A stretch of 59,844 bases of DNA. Source: Pseudomonadota bacterium. GTDB taxonomy: Bacteria > UBA10199 > 2-02-FULL-44-16 > DYJF01. Shown one piece after another: positions 10,657-21,959 of this stretch (its first letter is position 1; the number at the start of each line of letters is the position of its first letter). The notes beneath the pieces are model-generated. The model searched no databases. It saw only the letters and a program-made list of their open reading frames with translations, and was not told where the DNA came from. Location of the stretch: assembly GCA_043823065.1 (NCBI GenBank), contig JBDRBB010000013.1, forward strand, positions 1 through 59,844, in the 5' to 3' direction. Position numbers and translations under genes: made by a program.

Positions 10657-11883
10657 TTAACGACTGCTTTTAAGGGCTTCGCTGATTGGAATTTCCACGA
10701 TCCACCTGGATCCCAACCATGAAACCAACCAACAAATTATTAAACAAAAACTGGCTATCATGGCACACATCAACCAAGAAATGTCAATAGGAAGCCTTTG
10801 CAAAAAATATATTTCAGGTTCTAAGTGAATCAGATTAAATTTTTTGAGCAAAAATGAAACAATTAAGCCCAAAATAATTCCATAAACTGTACCGAACAAA
10901 CCGATTTTTACTCCGCCCTGAATAAAAATTTTAATTAATTTTTTACAATTTACTCCCAAAGCTCTTAAAATTGCAACTTCATGCGTGCGAAAATAAACTA
11001 ACAAAACAATCACGCCAATAATATTGAAGGCTGCCACCACTACCAATGCTCCCATAATAATACTAAAAACCAATTTCTCTAATGAAAGGGCTTCAAACAA
11101 ATCTCGGTTCAATTCTTGCCAGGTTAAAATATCATATCCAGCTGGCAAGGCTTTGGTTAAAATAGCAGCAATCTTTTGAGCTAGATCAGGATCAATTAGT
11201 TTAAGCTCAATACCTGTAGCTTGCACTTCTTTAGTTTGAAATACCTTTTGCGCTGCTTCAATATGCATAAGCGCAAAAGTTTGATCATAATCATACAAGC
11301 CTGATTCAAAAAAGCCCTTAACTTTAAGCTCGATTGCAGCGTGTTTTTCTCCATGCCTGGGCACCATTAAAGTTAAAATATCACCCATAGCCAATTGTAA
11401 TTTTTCAGCTAAGGCTCGGCCCAAAATTACGCTTGGAATTTTTGCTTTGAGGTTTAGGGCCTGGTCCAAATCTAATGACTCAGGTAAAATAATTTTCATC
11501 TTATTTACATCTTGAATAGATGCTGGATCAACACCTTTAATCACTACCCCGTTAATCCCTCCTTTGGAAACAGCCAGACCTTCTCGATATAAAAAAGGAG
11601 TGCTGCCAGCAACATCTTCTACTGGCAAAGCATCTTCAACCTGCTCTAGATCATCCATTATACTGCTTATTTCACCTGCTTTTAAAATAACTACATGGGC
11701 ATTAAAATCTAATATTGAGCGTTGGTAGGCTTGCCTGAAACCTGTTGCTATACCCAAAGAAAGCAGCAAAGTGGCTGTACCAAGGGCAATACCTATAATA
11801 GCGATTATGCGCATTACTTTTAATGAACGCGGCAAGCGCTGGGCAGAGTAGAAATGCTGAGATATAAAATTAATAACAGACAT
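10657..11883 (-). CDS. LolC/E family permease
   Basis: FtsX-type topology, SGLYDYD; adjacent to lolD. Confidence 0.9.
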   Translation of the reverse strand: MSVINFISQHFYSAQRLPRSLKVMRIIAIIGIALGTATLLLSLGIATGFRQAYQRSILDFNAHVVILKAGEISSIMDDLEQVEDALPVEDVAGSTPFLYREGLAVSKGGINGVVIKGVDPASIQDVNKMKIILPESLDLDQALNLKAKIPSVILGRALAEKLQLAMGDILTLMVPRHGEKHAAIELKVKGFFESGLYDYDQTFALMHIEAAQKVFQTKEVQATGIELKLIDPDLAQKIAAILTKALPAGYDILTWQELNRDLFEALSLEKLVFSIIMGALVVVAAFNIIGVIVLLVYFRTHEVAILRALGVNCKKLIKIFIQGGVKIGLFGTVYGIILGLIVSFLLKKFNLIHLEPEIYFLQRLPIDISWLMCAMIASFCLIICWLVSWLGSRWIVEIPISEALKSSR

Positions 11884-11888
11884 ATTTT

Positions 11889-13118
11889 TTATTCATACCT
11901 CAAAGTAACCACTGGCTCTTGCTTACAAGCCTGGCTAACTGGATATAAACCTGAAATTGTGGCCAGCAGAACACCCAAAGCTATAAACAATAGAGTCCAG
12001 GTCAAGGACCACTGAACTGGCAGTTTATCTAAGTAATAGGATTGGGGCAAAACCACAGGGTATTTACTTAAAAGCGCACATATCCCACTGCCCAAAACAG
12101 CACCAATTAAACTACCAATCACTCCAATCCTTACTCCATAGAGTAAAAAGATATTTTTAACCTTTGATTTGGGCAAACCTAGTGTTTGCAAGATAGCTAC
12201 ATCTTTTTGTTTTCCAGAAACCTTCATCATGATTACACCAACAATAGAAAAAGAGGCAATCAAAACAATTAAAACCAAAACCGTACTCATGGCCCAGCGT
12301 TCTAATTTTAGGGCTGCAAAAAGTTTTTTGTTCTGTTCTTGCCAAGTTTCCACTTTCCAACTTGCTCCTAATTTTTCCCTTAAAATTTTTGCTGCCTGGT
12401 TTGAAAAACCAGATTGCTTTAAATTAATCTGCCAACCTGTGCTAGCTTGCTGGCCCAACAACTTTTTCGCCTGATCGGTTGAAACAAAAACCACTTTACT
12501 ATCATAATCATACATACCTGATCTAAAAGAGCCTAAAAGTTGAAATTTGCGCATAATTGGCTCCAACTCGCCAGTGGGACCAACTTCAGCAAGTGGAGCA
12601 ATCAAAATAATTTCATCTGCAAAATCTGGATGAACAACTAATTGAGTCAAAATTTCTTGACCCAAAATAATACGTGGCGGAATTGCTTCTAGTTCTTGGA
12701 GAGCATCAATTGGAAAATAAAAATCAACTCCTTTTAAACCTCCTAACTGTTTGGGCGTAATTCCCCTCACCCTTACGCCAGTAGCCCACACATCTCCCAA
12801 AGATTCAGCTTTGGCTATGGCTTCGCCTTGCACAAAGGGCGATACTGAAACAAATTTATCTTTTAATATTTCTTCTATTTGTTCTGTAGTTAACTTTGCT
12901 GAGGAAGCTTGAGGCAATAAAGTCAGGTGGGAATTAAAACCCATCAGTTTTTTTTCTAGCTCTTGGTTAAAACCTTGCATTACAGAAAGAACTGTAACCA
13001 AAGCCATAATACCTAGCGCTATACCTGCAATAGAAATCAGCGTGAGCCAGGGCAAAAAACGCTGATTGCGCATTGAGTTGAAATAGCGCCTGGAAATCCA
13101 AAGCGAGACAGACATCAA
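11889..13118 (-). CDS. LolC/E family permease
   Basis: VLSVMQGF, SGMYDYD, FAALKLER. Confidence 0.9.
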   Translation of the reverse strand: MMSVSLWISRRYFNSMRNQRFLPWLTLISIAGIALGIMALVTVLSVMQGFNQELEKKLMGFNSHLTLLPQASSAKLTTEQIEEILKDKFVSVSPFVQGEAIAKAESLGDVWATGVRVRGITPKQLGGLKGVDFYFPIDALQELEAIPPRIILGQEILTQLVVHPDFADEIILIAPLAEVGPTGELEPIMRKFQLLGSFRSGMYDYDSKVVFVSTDQAKKLLGQQASTGWQINLKQSGFSNQAAKILREKLGASWKVETWQEQNKKLFAALKLERWAMSTVLVLIVLIASFSIVGVIMMKVSGKQKDVAILQTLGLPKSKVKNIFLLYGVRIGVIGSLIGAVLGSGICALLSKYPVVLPQSYYLDKLPVQWSLTWTLLFIALGVLLATISGLYPVSQACKQEPVVTLRYE

Positions 13119-13126
13119 TCCCCCAC

Positions 13127-14608
13127 TTATCCTAATGGTTTGAGTTGCGGAAACAAAATTACATCTCGAATTGAAGCTGAATCTGTCAAAAGCATGACCA
13201 AACGATCAATACCAATACCCTCACCAGCTGTGGGCGGCAGGCCATGTTCCAAAGCATTAATGTAATCTTGATCAAAATGCATGGCTTCATCATCGCCTTT
13301 ATGTAAAGCTTCAACCTGTTTTTGAAAGCGCTGGGCCTGATCTTCAGGGTCATTTAGCTCGTTAAAGGCATTGGCTATTTCCCGTCCATAAATAAAAAAT
13401 TCAAACCGATCAGTTACATTGGGATCTTTATCATTTTTCCTAGCTAAAGGAGAAACTTCTGTTGGATACTCTGTAATAAAAGTTGGTTGAATTAATTTAC
13501 TCTCAACTTTAAGCTCAAATATTTCCGTGAGGATTGCGCCCAAACCCTCATCTTTAGATTTTAGATGATCTCCTAGAGATAAAGCATATTTTAAGGCTAG
13601 CTCCCTGGATTCTAAAACTGCTGGATCAACCTTACCAATTTCCACTAAAGATTCTTTCAAAGTATAGCGTTTAAATGGCGGCGTTAAATCTATTTCCGTA
13701 CCTTGATAAGTTATCTTGGTTGTTCCTAAAACCTTTATTGCTACTTCAGACACCAGGTCCTCGGTCAATTTCATTAGATCTTGATAAGAAGCATAAGCCT
13801 GATAAAACTCTAACATGGTAAATTCTGGGTTGTGTTGAATGGAGATTCCTTCATTGCGAAAATTACGATTAATCTCATAAACTCTTTCAAAACCTCCAAC
13901 CACTAGACGCTTTAAGTAAAGCTCTGGGGCAATTCGTAAAAACAAATCGCAATCCAATTTGTGATGATGAGTGATAAAAGGCTTAGCTGCTGCTCCACCT
14001 GGAATCTGATGCATCATGGGTGTTTCCACTTCTAAAAACCCCCGAGCATCAAAAAAATCACGCATACAATTAATTATTTTGGAACGAACATAAAAAGTCT
14101 TTTTCACATCCTCATTAGCAATTAAATCCAAATAACGTTGGCGATAGCGAGTTTCCACATCTGTTAAACCATGCCATTTTTCCGGCAAAGGCTTTACAGA
14201 TTTTGCCGCTAGCTTTAATGTTTCAGCCTTGACGCTTAATTCTCCAGTTTTGGTCTTAAATAGAGGCCCCCTAAACCAAGCAATATCGCCAATATCAAAA
14301 AGCTTATAAATTTGAAAATCTTCTTCACTTAAACCCTGTTTTTGCACAAAGACTTGAATATCGCCAGAATCATCGCGCACGCGCACAAAACCAGCTTTGC
14401 CAAAAGAGCGCACAGCAATAATCCGGCCAGCTACTGTAAATTGATCTGATTGTTTTTCTAACTCTTCAGCTGTTTTTGCATCATAGAGTTCATGCAATTT
14501 ACCAGCCTTGTGCTCTGGTTTAATGCCAATGGGATAAGCTGACAAACCCATTTCTTTAAGTTTAGCAATTTTTTCTTTACGTTGCTGCACGTATTCATTT
14601 TCTGCCAT
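13127..14608 (-). CDS. lysS: Lysine--tRNA ligase class II
   Basis: [26 protein letters not shown]. Confidence 0.98.
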   Translation of the reverse strand: MAENEYVQQRKEKIAKLKEMGLSAYPIGIKPEHKAGKLHELYDAKTAEELEKQSDQFTVAGRIIAVRSFGKAGFVRVRDDSGDIQVFVQKQGLSEEDFQIYKLFDIGDIAWFRGPLFKTKTGELSVKAETLKLAAKSVKPLPEKWHGLTDVETRYRQRYLDLIANEDVKKTFYVRSKIINCMRDFFDARGFLEVETPMMHQIPGGAAAKPFITHHHKLDCDLFLRIAPELYLKRLVVGGFERVYEINRNFRNEGISIQHNPEFTMLEFYQAYASYQDLMKLTEDLVSEVAIKVLGTTKITYQGTEIDLTPPFKRYTLKESLVEIGKVDPAVLESRELALKYALSLGDHLKSKDEGLGAILTEIFELKVESKLIQPTFITEYPTEVSPLARKNDKDPNVTDRFEFFIYGREIANAFNELNDPEDQAQRFQKQVEALHKGDDEAMHFDQDYINALEHGLPPTAGEGIGIDRLVMLLTDSASIRDVILFPQLKPLG

Positions 14609-15709
14609 TATTCCTCCTTACCAAACTCTAATAAATATTCCCTTATAAACTCATCAAGGTCGCCATCCATAACTGCATCTACATTTCCCTTTTCCACGCC
14701 AGTGCGATGGTCTTTCACCATCTGATAGGGATGCATGACATAGGAACGAATTTGCGAACCCCACTCAATTTTTCTTTTACTCTTTTCTGCTACCTCACGT
14801 TCTTTTTCTTTTTTCTCCAATTCAATTTCATAGAGCTTAGCTTTTAAAAGTCGCATGGCTGTGGCCCGGTTTTGATGCTGACTGCGCTGGTTTTGACAAG
14901 CCACTACAATGCCTGTGGGTTCGTGCGTAATGCGCACAGCTGAATCTGTTTTATTAACATGTTGACCGCCAGCGCCACTGGAACGAAAAGTATCTACCCG
15001 CAAATCTGAATCTTTAATCTCAATTTCAATATCCTCTTCCACATCTGGCAAGACATAAACTGAAGTAAAAGAAGTGTGGCGGCGCTTGTTGGAATCAAAA
15101 GGAGAAATACGCACCAGGCGATGCACACCATTTTCAGCTTTTAAATACCCGTAGGCATAATCGCCATCAACCGTTAAAGTAACGCTTCTAAAACCAGCGC
15201 CATCACCTAAAGTAAAATCAACCACATCATGATTATAGCCGCGGCGATCTGCCCAGCGCCGATACATGCGCAAAAGCATGTCTGCCCAATCGCACGCTTC
15301 AGTTCCGCCAGCGCCAGCATTGATGGTGAGAATTGCTGAAGCTTGATCGTTTTTTCCAGAAAACATGCGCTGAAATTCTAAATCATCTATAGCTGCCTTA
15401 ACCTTATCCAAATTGGTTTTGGCTTCTGCCAAAAATTCTGCGTTTTCTTCTTCTGCGCTTAACTCTAATACAGCTTGAACATCATCAAGAATTTTTTGTT
15501 GACCTTGCACGCGATTTACAATGGATATTAAGCGATCCCGCTCTTTAGTAATTTTTTTTGCTTCTTGGGTATTATTCCAAAATTCAGGCTGGTTAGCTTG
15601 CTCATCTAACTGCTTAATTTTAGCCTGCTTGCCAGGCACGTCAAAGATGCCTCCGGATTTCAGCTAATTGGCCGTTCAATTTTTCAAAAAGATCCTGTAA
15701 TTCCTTCAT
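14608..15709 (-). CDS. prfB: Peptide chain release factor 2 with programmed +1 frameshift
   Basis: GGQ and SPF motifs; upstream frame from ATG 15709 ends ...CGG AGG CAT CTT TGA C. Confidence 0.97.
15640..15655 (-). promoter_or_regulatory. RF2 frameshift site (internal SD + CTT TGA C)
   Basis: cGGAGG cat CTTTGAC on the minus strand. Confidence 0.93.
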
Positions 15710-15787
15710 CAATTCCTCCAAGTAATCGAATGTATATAAATGCTACAATCAGAAGCTGCAAGTAATATTGTGATAGGAGCTCTTAAG

Positions 15788-15818
15788 CCAGGTATTCTCA
15801 CCTCCCTCAGACTATTAC
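15788..15818 (-). repeat. Partial inverted copy of the 24673-24796 hairpin element
   Basis: 29 of 31 nt match to 24743-24773. Confidence 0.8.
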
Positions 15819-15831
15819 TAAAATTTTCTGA

Positions 15832-15858
15832 GCAACTTTTTGAAATTTGTGTCGATAA
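15832..15858 (+). promoter_or_regulatory. Sigma28-like promoter
   Basis: GCAACTT...GTCGATAA just upstream of ATG 15876. Confidence 0.55.
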
Positions 15859-15875
15859 TATATATAGATATAAAT

Positions 15876-16265
15876 ATGAAGAATATTTTATGTATAATTA
15901 GTTTGATTTTTGTGATATCAGCTAGTTCTTGCGTGTTGGCTGGTCCGCCCTGCCCTAGAAGCTCCCTAAATTTGGCAGATTATGCAGCTTGCACTGTGCC
16001 TATTGTTGGCTCTAAAGGCCGAGTGATTGGACGGGTTGCTTCTGCTGGCCAAATGGACTCGCATACAGCTTCATTGATGAACGCGATGAATACTACTACT
16101 GGTGTGCCACCGCAGCCATACCCAATTATGCCAGTTGCCACTTCTTTGGCCTCAAATATGGCAGTTGCCTATAGCATCTATCATCATGGCAAATATATGC
16201 CCTATTTTCCCTATATGCCCTCTATGCCTTATGGTTTTTGGATAAGTGTCCCGCTTTATCGTTAA
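15876..16265 (+). CDS. Hypothetical exported Pro/Met-rich protein
   Basis: Signal peptide MKNILCIISLIFV; low-complexity C-terminus. Confidence 0.65.
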   Translation: MKNILCIISLIFVISASSCVLAGPPCPRSSLNLADYAACTVPIVGSKGRVIGRVASAGQMDSHTASLMNAMNTTTGVPPQPYPIMPVATSLASNMAVAYSIYHHGKYMPYFPYMPSMPYGFWISVPLYR

Positions 16266-16269
16266 AAAA

Positions 16270-16285
16270 TGGCACATAAATTGCT
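16270..16285 (+). promoter_or_regulatory. Sigma54 promoter (-24/-12)
   Basis: TGGCAC-ataaa-TTGCT, exact consensus spacing. Confidence 0.75.
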
Positions 16286-16322
16286 CTTTTAGCCTCTGGT
16301 AGTTGAAACTACAGGAGGTATT

Positions 16323-18233
16323 ATGCATCTAAATAAAAACCTTTTTAGGGCATGTTCAAGCCTAATTATTGGCACTTTATTATTCTGGCTAGGACCAATG
16401 GGCTGCACTGAAGGTCAAAAATCTGACTCTCCCCCAGATCTTTCTCAACTTGAGGATATCCAAATTGAAGGACTTATCCCTGAGGGACCTGGACCTGGCG
16501 ATATTATACTTCCCCCTGGAGATGATGAAGAAGATGAAGAATCTGCTGTGGTCAGGGAATTTGGCGCACCGCAAAACTTAAAAGCAATCACAGGATATGG
16601 CGAAGCTACAATTACTTGGGACCCGGTATTTGAAGCTGATAGCTATGTTATTCACAAAGCATCTCCAGAACGCGTGCTAGCTGAAGCTCTGGGTGAAACA
16701 GCAGAAGCATCTTTTGTCTATCGACCTCGAACCCTGATTGGCTTGCCACATACAATCGTGGTCAAGGCAATCAGTAGTGTTCATGGAGAAAGTCCTTTTT
16801 CAGAAAGGCTAACCTTTAATATGTTTACGGCGCTAAGTTCTGAAGCTGAAATTTTAACCGGCCGCACTGCTCCTCCAGAAAATATTAAGGTGGCTATAAA
16901 TGAGAATAAAGTAGCTGTTGGCGTGTGCAATCCTGGCGAACCTGGCAAGGTATATATTTATAATGCTCGCGTAGTTGCTGATCGCGTGGGATGGTCTATT
17001 GAGCAAGTAATAGATAATGCTGCTGCTGGTTTTGGCTGCGCCTTAGATATTATTGAAAACTGTTTAGTAGTGGGCGCGCCAAATCAAGATACTACTGGTG
17101 CGGCTTATATTTATTCTAAATTAGCTGCGGGTTGGACTTTAACAGATACTCTCACACCTTCAGAGTCACTAATTTTGGAACAAGATGAATTTGGTTTCGC
17201 TATCTCAATTAAAGATAACTATATTTTAATTGGCGCACCCAATTCCAGAGTTGGTGAAAATGCTGGAGCTGGTGCAGTCTATTTGTTTGAGCGCCAAGAT
17301 ATTGCCATGGTCAGAGGTACTTACACTGCCCGTTTCTTAAACAGATTTATTTCACCTTCTCCAGAAACTAGCGCAAAATTTGGTTCTGCAGTTGAATTAT
17401 ATATTAAGGGTATCAGCACTAGCAAAAGACTTCCTTTCCCAGGATTGAGCGCTGAACCAGATCGTCTGGCTTTAATCGGTTCTCCCTACACTGACGTTGG
17501 CTCTAAAGTAGATGCAGGTAAAGCCTATTTTTTCAATTTTATGGCTAATGGTAGAATGCAAGGTCATATCCATGAACTTTCTGCTCAAGAAGAAGCTTAT
17601 GCTCATGCCCATTTTGGCAGCTCAGTTTCTTTAACCATGCCAGATCCTTGGTACATCTTGGTTGGCGCTCCAGGACAGCCTGAAATACCAGGCGCTGCTT
17701 TTCTGTTTTATAAAAACGAAGCTGGCACAACTGAGAAACTAACAAAAATCAGCGGACCTGGCGCAAGAACTAATCATAGCGATCTTTTTGGCTACGATGT
17801 ATTGATTAAAGACAACTTGGGTTTTATCAGCGTCCCTGCTTATAACTTAGGTGTAGTGCATGCCTATTTTATTCATCCAGATTTATTAGCTGAACTAGAA
17901 GAAGCTAGAAGAGGCGGTGTGATTGTAGAACTCGGGGATGCTGGAGATGAAGAAGAAGGTGGAGCAGGACGCATAATAATTGAAGGTGACGAAAGTGGCG
18001 TGGAAGAAAGAATAGCTGCGCTAATTTCACCTGCTCTAATGTTTGGCGGTTTTGAACCTGCAGATGTTCCAGCTGGTAGCTTGGTTGGCGAATCTATAGC
18101 ATATGATAAATCAGAAATCGGTTTATTAATATCTGGTCCGCTAGGCTTGGCAGAGCCTCCTGAGCGCTATCCATTAGTTTATGTTTATGATATTATAGAA
18201 TCAGCTTTTTTTGATATAGGCGGACGTCCTTAA
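16323..18233 (+). CDS. Putative lipoprotein with FN3-like domain and FG-GAP repeats
   Basis: GPMGC lipobox-like; repeated FG...VGAP...GAAYIY; APQNL...TITWDPV. Confidence 0.85.
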   Translation: MHLNKNLFRACSSLIIGTLLFWLGPMGCTEGQKSDSPPDLSQLEDIQIEGLIPEGPGPGDIILPPGDDEEDEESAVVREFGAPQNLKAITGYGEATITWDPVFEADSYVIHKASPERVLAEALGETAEASFVYRPRTLIGLPHTIVVKAISSVHGESPFSERLTFNMFTALSSEAEILTGRTAPPENIKVAINENKVAVGVCNPGEPGKVYIYNARVVADRVGWSIEQVIDNAAAGFGCALDIIENCLVVGAPNQDTTGAAYIYSKLAAGWTLTDTLTPSESLILEQDEFGFAISIKDNYILIGAPNSRVGENAGAGAVYLFERQDIAMVRGTYTARFLNRFISPSPETSAKFGSAVELYIKGISTSKRLPFPGLSAEPDRLALIGSPYTDVGSKVDAGKAYFFNFMANGRMQGHIHELSAQEEAYAHAHFGSSVSLTMPDPWYILVGAPGQPEIPGAAFLFYKNEAGTTEKLTKISGPGARTNHSDLFGYDVLIKDNLGFISVPAYNLGVVHAYFIHPDLLAELEEARRGGVIVELGDAGDEEEGGAGRIIIEGDESGVEERIAALISPALMFGGFEPADVPAGSLVGESIAYDKSEIGLLISGPLGLAEPPERYPLVYVYDIIESAFFDIGGRP

Positions 18234-18289
18234 TTATTAATTTTTTCCTGGCATCTCAAAGTATATTTAGGTATACGCCCCTCTAGTTT

Positions 18290-18356
18290 GTCATCCCCGC
18301 GAAAGCGGGGATCTAATATTTATAACACATTGGATTCCCGCTTCCGCGGGAATGAC
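18290..18356. repeat. Palindromic element, family A (GTCAT...CCCGC...GCGGG...ATGAC)
   Basis: Long inverted repeat; copies at 32204, 45409, 52588. Confidence 0.9.
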
Positions 18357-18369
18357 TTAGGGGGTTTTC

Positions 18370-19218
18370 ATGATTAAATCCTTAAAACTTACTAGAAGAG
18401 GTAAAGTTCGCGATATTTATGATTTAGGATCTGAGCTTTTGTTAGTAGCCACAGACCGGATTTCTTGTTTTGACGTGGTTTTACCCACGCCAATTCCGGA
18501 AAAAGGTAAAATTCTAACTGAAATTTCTAATTTTTGGTTTGAAAAAACCAAGCATATAGTTAGCAATCATCTTTCAGAAAAAACTTTAGCTGATGTAATT
18601 TCAGATCCAGATGATTTAGCCAGGCTTGAGGGCCGCACAACTATTTGTAAAAAAACCAAACCCCTGCCAGTGGAAGCAATTGTGCGCGGCTATATTAGCG
18701 GCTCTGCTTGGCTAGAATATAGCAAACATGGCACTGTTTGCGGACAAGAAATGCCCAAAGTATTAACCAATTCTGCAAAATTTGCTGAACCAATTTTTAC
18801 CCCATCCACTAAATCAGATAAACATGATGAAAATATTTCTTACGATAAAATGGTAGGGATACTTGGCGCCAAGCTAAGTGAAAAAGTGCGCAATATAAGT
18901 TTGAAAATATATAAGGAAGCTGCAGCCTATGCCCTTTCCAAAGGAATCATTATTGCTGATACTAAATTTGAATTTGGCTTGCTTAATGATAAACTTATTT
19001 TAATTGATGAAGTATTGACTCCAGATTCTTCGCGGTTTTGGCCAGCAGACAAGTATGAACCAGGAAAATCCCAACCTTCCTTTGACAAGCAGTTTGTAAG
19101 AGACTATCTTCTGTCCATTAATTTTAATAAGCAACCACCTGCACCAGAGCTTCCAGCAAATATCGTGGAACAGACTGCTGCAAAGTATAAAGAGGCAAGG
19201 CAAAAACTTATATATTGA
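18370..19218 (+). CDS. purC: SAICAR synthetase
   Basis: GKVRDIY, ATDRIS, DTKFEFG, TPDSSRFW, DKQFVRD. Confidence 0.97.
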   Translation: MIKSLKLTRRGKVRDIYDLGSELLLVATDRISCFDVVLPTPIPEKGKILTEISNFWFEKTKHIVSNHLSEKTLADVISDPDDLARLEGRTTICKKTKPLPVEAIVRGYISGSAWLEYSKHGTVCGQEMPKVLTNSAKFAEPIFTPSTKSDKHDENISYDKMVGILGAKLSEKVRNISLKIYKEAAAYALSKGIIIADTKFEFGLLNDKLILIDEVLTPDSSRFWPADKYEPGKSQPSFDKQFVRDYLLSINFNKQPPAPELPANIVEQTAAKYKEARQKLIY

Positions 19219-19222
19219 TTTA

Positions 19223-19301
19223 GACCATTGACTATAGACCATTGACAATTGACCTTACCAATTTTTTAAGGTCTTTGGTCAATAGTCTCTGGTCTATGGT
19301 C
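19223..19301. repeat. Inverted arrays of GACYAWW heptamers
   Basis: Five units (gaccatt gactata...) followed by five reverse-complement units (...tatggtc). Confidence 0.85.
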
Positions 19302-19317
19302 GCTTTTAGGAGGATTC

Positions 19318-20592
19318 ATGGAAAAAAAACGTTGGTTAGTAGTTGTGGGTGCCCTTTTGGTACAGCTCTGCTTGGGCGCTATTTATGCTTGGGGAGCTTT
19401 TACCAAGGCCTTGCAAGATCCTGCAGGAGCCTATGGTTTTAGCGCCACCCAAACTCAGGCTATTTTTGCTGCTGGCCTGGCCAGTTTTGCTGTGGTCATG
19501 ATTTTAGCTGGCCGCTGGCAAGATAAAATCGGTCCGCGCAAAGTTGCTATTTGGGGTGGCTTGGTGCTTGGGCTAGGTTACATCCTAGCAGGCCTTTTGG
19601 GTGGAACCAACTTTTGGACCATGTTCCTCTTTATCGGTATCATTGGCGGCGCTGGTATTGGTTTGGGCTATGTTTGTCCAATTGCTGCTTGTGTTAAATG
19701 GTTTCCAGATCTCAAAGGTTTTGTAACAGGCCTGGCAGTTGCCGGATTTGGCGCTGGCGCTTTTATCTTTGTTAAACTTGCCGGAGCTTGGGGAAATTTT
19801 ATTACTCTATATGGTATAAACGGAACATTCACAATTTTTGGAATCATTTTTTTAGTTTCAGTTATAATTGGCGCTCTTATGCTTTCTAATCCTCCAGCTG
19901 GCTGGAAACCTGCAGGCTGGGTTCCTGCAGAAGCCAAAGCAACAACTCCAGTTGCCAAAGCAGAAGATTTTACCCAAGGCGAAACTATTCGCACACATCA
20001 ATTCTGGATGCTGTGGTTAGCTTTTGTTTTTTCTGCTGGCGCTGGTTTAATGGTTATTGGTTGTTTGAGAAATTTTGGCGAGATGGAAGGCGGCCTGTCA
20101 GCTAGCGCTGCTGGTTCTGCTTTAGGCTTGCTGGCACTTTTTAATGGCTTGGGTAGAATTGTTTGGGGTTCTGTTTCTCAAAAACTTGGTGCCAGAAAAG
20201 CAATTGGCATCATGACTATTCTGCAAGCAATCATGCTTTTTATGTTACCTACCATGGGTTCCACTGAAATGACTTTAACCATTGCTGCTTGTTGGGTTGG
20301 TTTTAATTTTGGCGGTAACTTTGCTTTGTTCCCACTTGCCACTGCTGAATCTTTTGGCACTAAAAACCTGGGAGCAAACTATGGAGCAGTATTCACCTCC
20401 TATGGTGTTGGCGGAATTATAATGCCAATTTTAGCTGGCCAGGTTTGGGATACTTTAGGTTCATTTTACTGGGCCTTTATTGTAGCTGGTGTAATTTGCA
20501 TCTTAGCTACCTTCCTGGCCTGGATAGTGAAACCACCGCATCATTATAATACACACAAGGCTACTGAACAAAAAGCCACGTGTTGTTGTTAA
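19318..20592 (+). CDS. OFA-family MFS transporter (monocarboxylate/oxalate:formate antiporter-like)
   Basis: GAIYAW, KWFPD.KG..TGLAVAGFG, NGLGRI; about 12 TM segments. Confidence 0.9.
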   Translation: MEKKRWLVVVGALLVQLCLGAIYAWGAFTKALQDPAGAYGFSATQTQAIFAAGLASFAVVMILAGRWQDKIGPRKVAIWGGLVLGLGYILAGLLGGTNFWTMFLFIGIIGGAGIGLGYVCPIAACVKWFPDLKGFVTGLAVAGFGAGAFIFVKLAGAWGNFITLYGINGTFTIFGIIFLVSVIIGALMLSNPPAGWKPAGWVPAEAKATTPVAKAEDFTQGETIRTHQFWMLWLAFVFSAGAGLMVIGCLRNFGEMEGGLSASAAGSALGLLALFNGLGRIVWGSVSQKLGARKAIGIMTILQAIMLFMLPTMGSTEMTLTIAACWVGFNFGGNFALFPLATAESFGTKNLGANYGAVFTSYGVGGIIMPILAGQVWDTLGSFYWAFIVAGVICILATFLAWIVKPPHHYNTHKATEQKATCCC

Positions 20593-20610
20593 TGGCTGTT
20601 TAAGATATTA

Positions 20611-20639
20611 AAAAGTCCCTCGCAATGAGGGGCTTTTTT
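20611..20639 (+). terminator. Intrinsic terminator of the MFS gene
   Basis: aaaagtccctc-gcaat-gaggggcttttt. Confidence 0.8.
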
Positions 20640-20649
20640 ATTGTTGCTT

Positions 20650-20685
20650 AAAAAAAAGGCTGATGAGAAAAACTTCTCATCAGCC
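20650..20685 (-). terminator. Intrinsic terminator of metK
   Basis: ggctgatgagaa...ttctcatcagcc preceded by an A-tract (U-tract on minus). Confidence 0.8.
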
Positions 20686-20714
20686 AATATCCTAATAAGA
20701 ATCAATTAGTTATA

Positions 20715-21872
20715 TCAACTACAAGCCTTCTTAAAGTAATCTACGAGATCTAATTTTTCCCAAGTAAAGTCTGGGTCATTGCGGCCAAAGTGACCATAAG
20801 CTGAGGTTTTGGCAAAGATTGGTCTTCTTAAGTTTAGATAGTCAATCATCTTGCCTGGGCTTAGATCAAATCTTTCACGTACTGCAACCAAGATCTTTTG
20901 CACATCCACTTTGGAAGTATTGTGCGTATCAATAAATATGGAAATTGGTTCACGGCTGCCAATGGCATAGGAAAGTTGCAATTCGCAACGATCAGCTAAA
21001 CCTGCAGCTACGATATTTTTGGTTAGATAACGAGCAAAATAAGCAGCAGTTCTATCTACCTTGGTTGGGTCCTTACCTGAAAAAGCTCCGCCACCATGGT
21101 TGCCCACTCCACCGTAAGTATCAACAATGATCTTTCTGCCAGTACAACCAGTATCGCCTACTGGTCCGCCAATTACAAAACGACCAGTATTATTAATATA
21201 CATTTTGGTATTGTCATCGATCAGATTTCCACAAACTGGATTAATCACATATTTTCTCACATCAGCTCTGATTTGCTCTGTGGTTACATCTTCGTCATGC
21301 TGAGTGGCAATCACCACCGCGCTAATGCGTTTGGGTTTGCCGTTTTCATAATCAACTGTAACCTGGCTTTTGCCATCTGGCCTTAAATATTTTAAAGTAT
21401 TGTTCTTGCGGACTTCTGCTAATTTAGCAGTTAGCTTTTGAGCATAAAGAATTGGAGCTGGCATATATTCCGCAGTCTCGCTAGTGGCATAACCTGACAT
21501 CATGCCTTGATCGCCTGCGCCATAATCATCATCTTTAGTAGCATTAACGCCCATGGCAATATCTGTGCTTTGTTCATTAATAGAAGTTAAGATGCCAACG
21601 CTTTTATAATCAAAACCATATTCTGGCTTATCATAACCAATGTATTTTAGAGCATCTTGCGCAGCAGCTTTGATATTAACATAAGCTTTGGTGGTAATTT
21701 CGCCTGTGACCAAAATAAAGCCACCACCTGCTACAGTTTCACAAGCTACGCGCGCCTTGGGATCTTCGGCAATAATGCGATCCAGAACTGTATCTGAAAT
21801 TCGATCACAGACCTTGTCTGGATGTCCCTCTGTTACTGACTCAGAGGTAAAAGTAAAAAAACCTTGTCTCAT
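20715..21872 (-). CDS. metK: S-adenosylmethionine synthetase
   Basis: [26 protein letters not shown]; start at MRQG after AGGAG. Confidence 0.98.
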   Translation of the reverse strand: MRQGFFTFTSESVTEGHPDKVCDRISDTVLDRIIAEDPKARVACETVAGGGFILVTGEITTKAYVNIKAAAQDALKYIGYDKPEYGFDYKSVGILTSINEQSTDIAMGVNATKDDDYGAGDQGMMSGYATSETAEYMPAPILYAQKLTAKLAEVRKNNTLKYLRPDGKSQVTVDYENGKPKRISAVVIATQHDEDVTTEQIRADVRKYVINPVCGNLIDDNTKMYINNTGRFVIGGPVGDTGCTGRKIIVDTYGGVGNHGGGAFSGKDPTKVDRTAAYFARYLTKNIVAAGLADRCELQLSYAIGSREPISIFIDTHNTSKVDVQKILVAVRERFDLSPGKMIDYLNLRRPIFAKTSAYGHFGRNDPDFTWEKLDLVDYFKKACS

Positions 21873-21959
21873 AATTTCTCCTTTCTTACTATCTTTACGA
21901 TTATTATTTTTTCCGAAGCTGAAATATTTAGAATATCTACTTAACCAATGCAACATATA

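Noticed and set aside
19223..19301. Possible CRISPR array in the heptamer regions
   Set aside because: 7-nt units with no spacers and no cas genes
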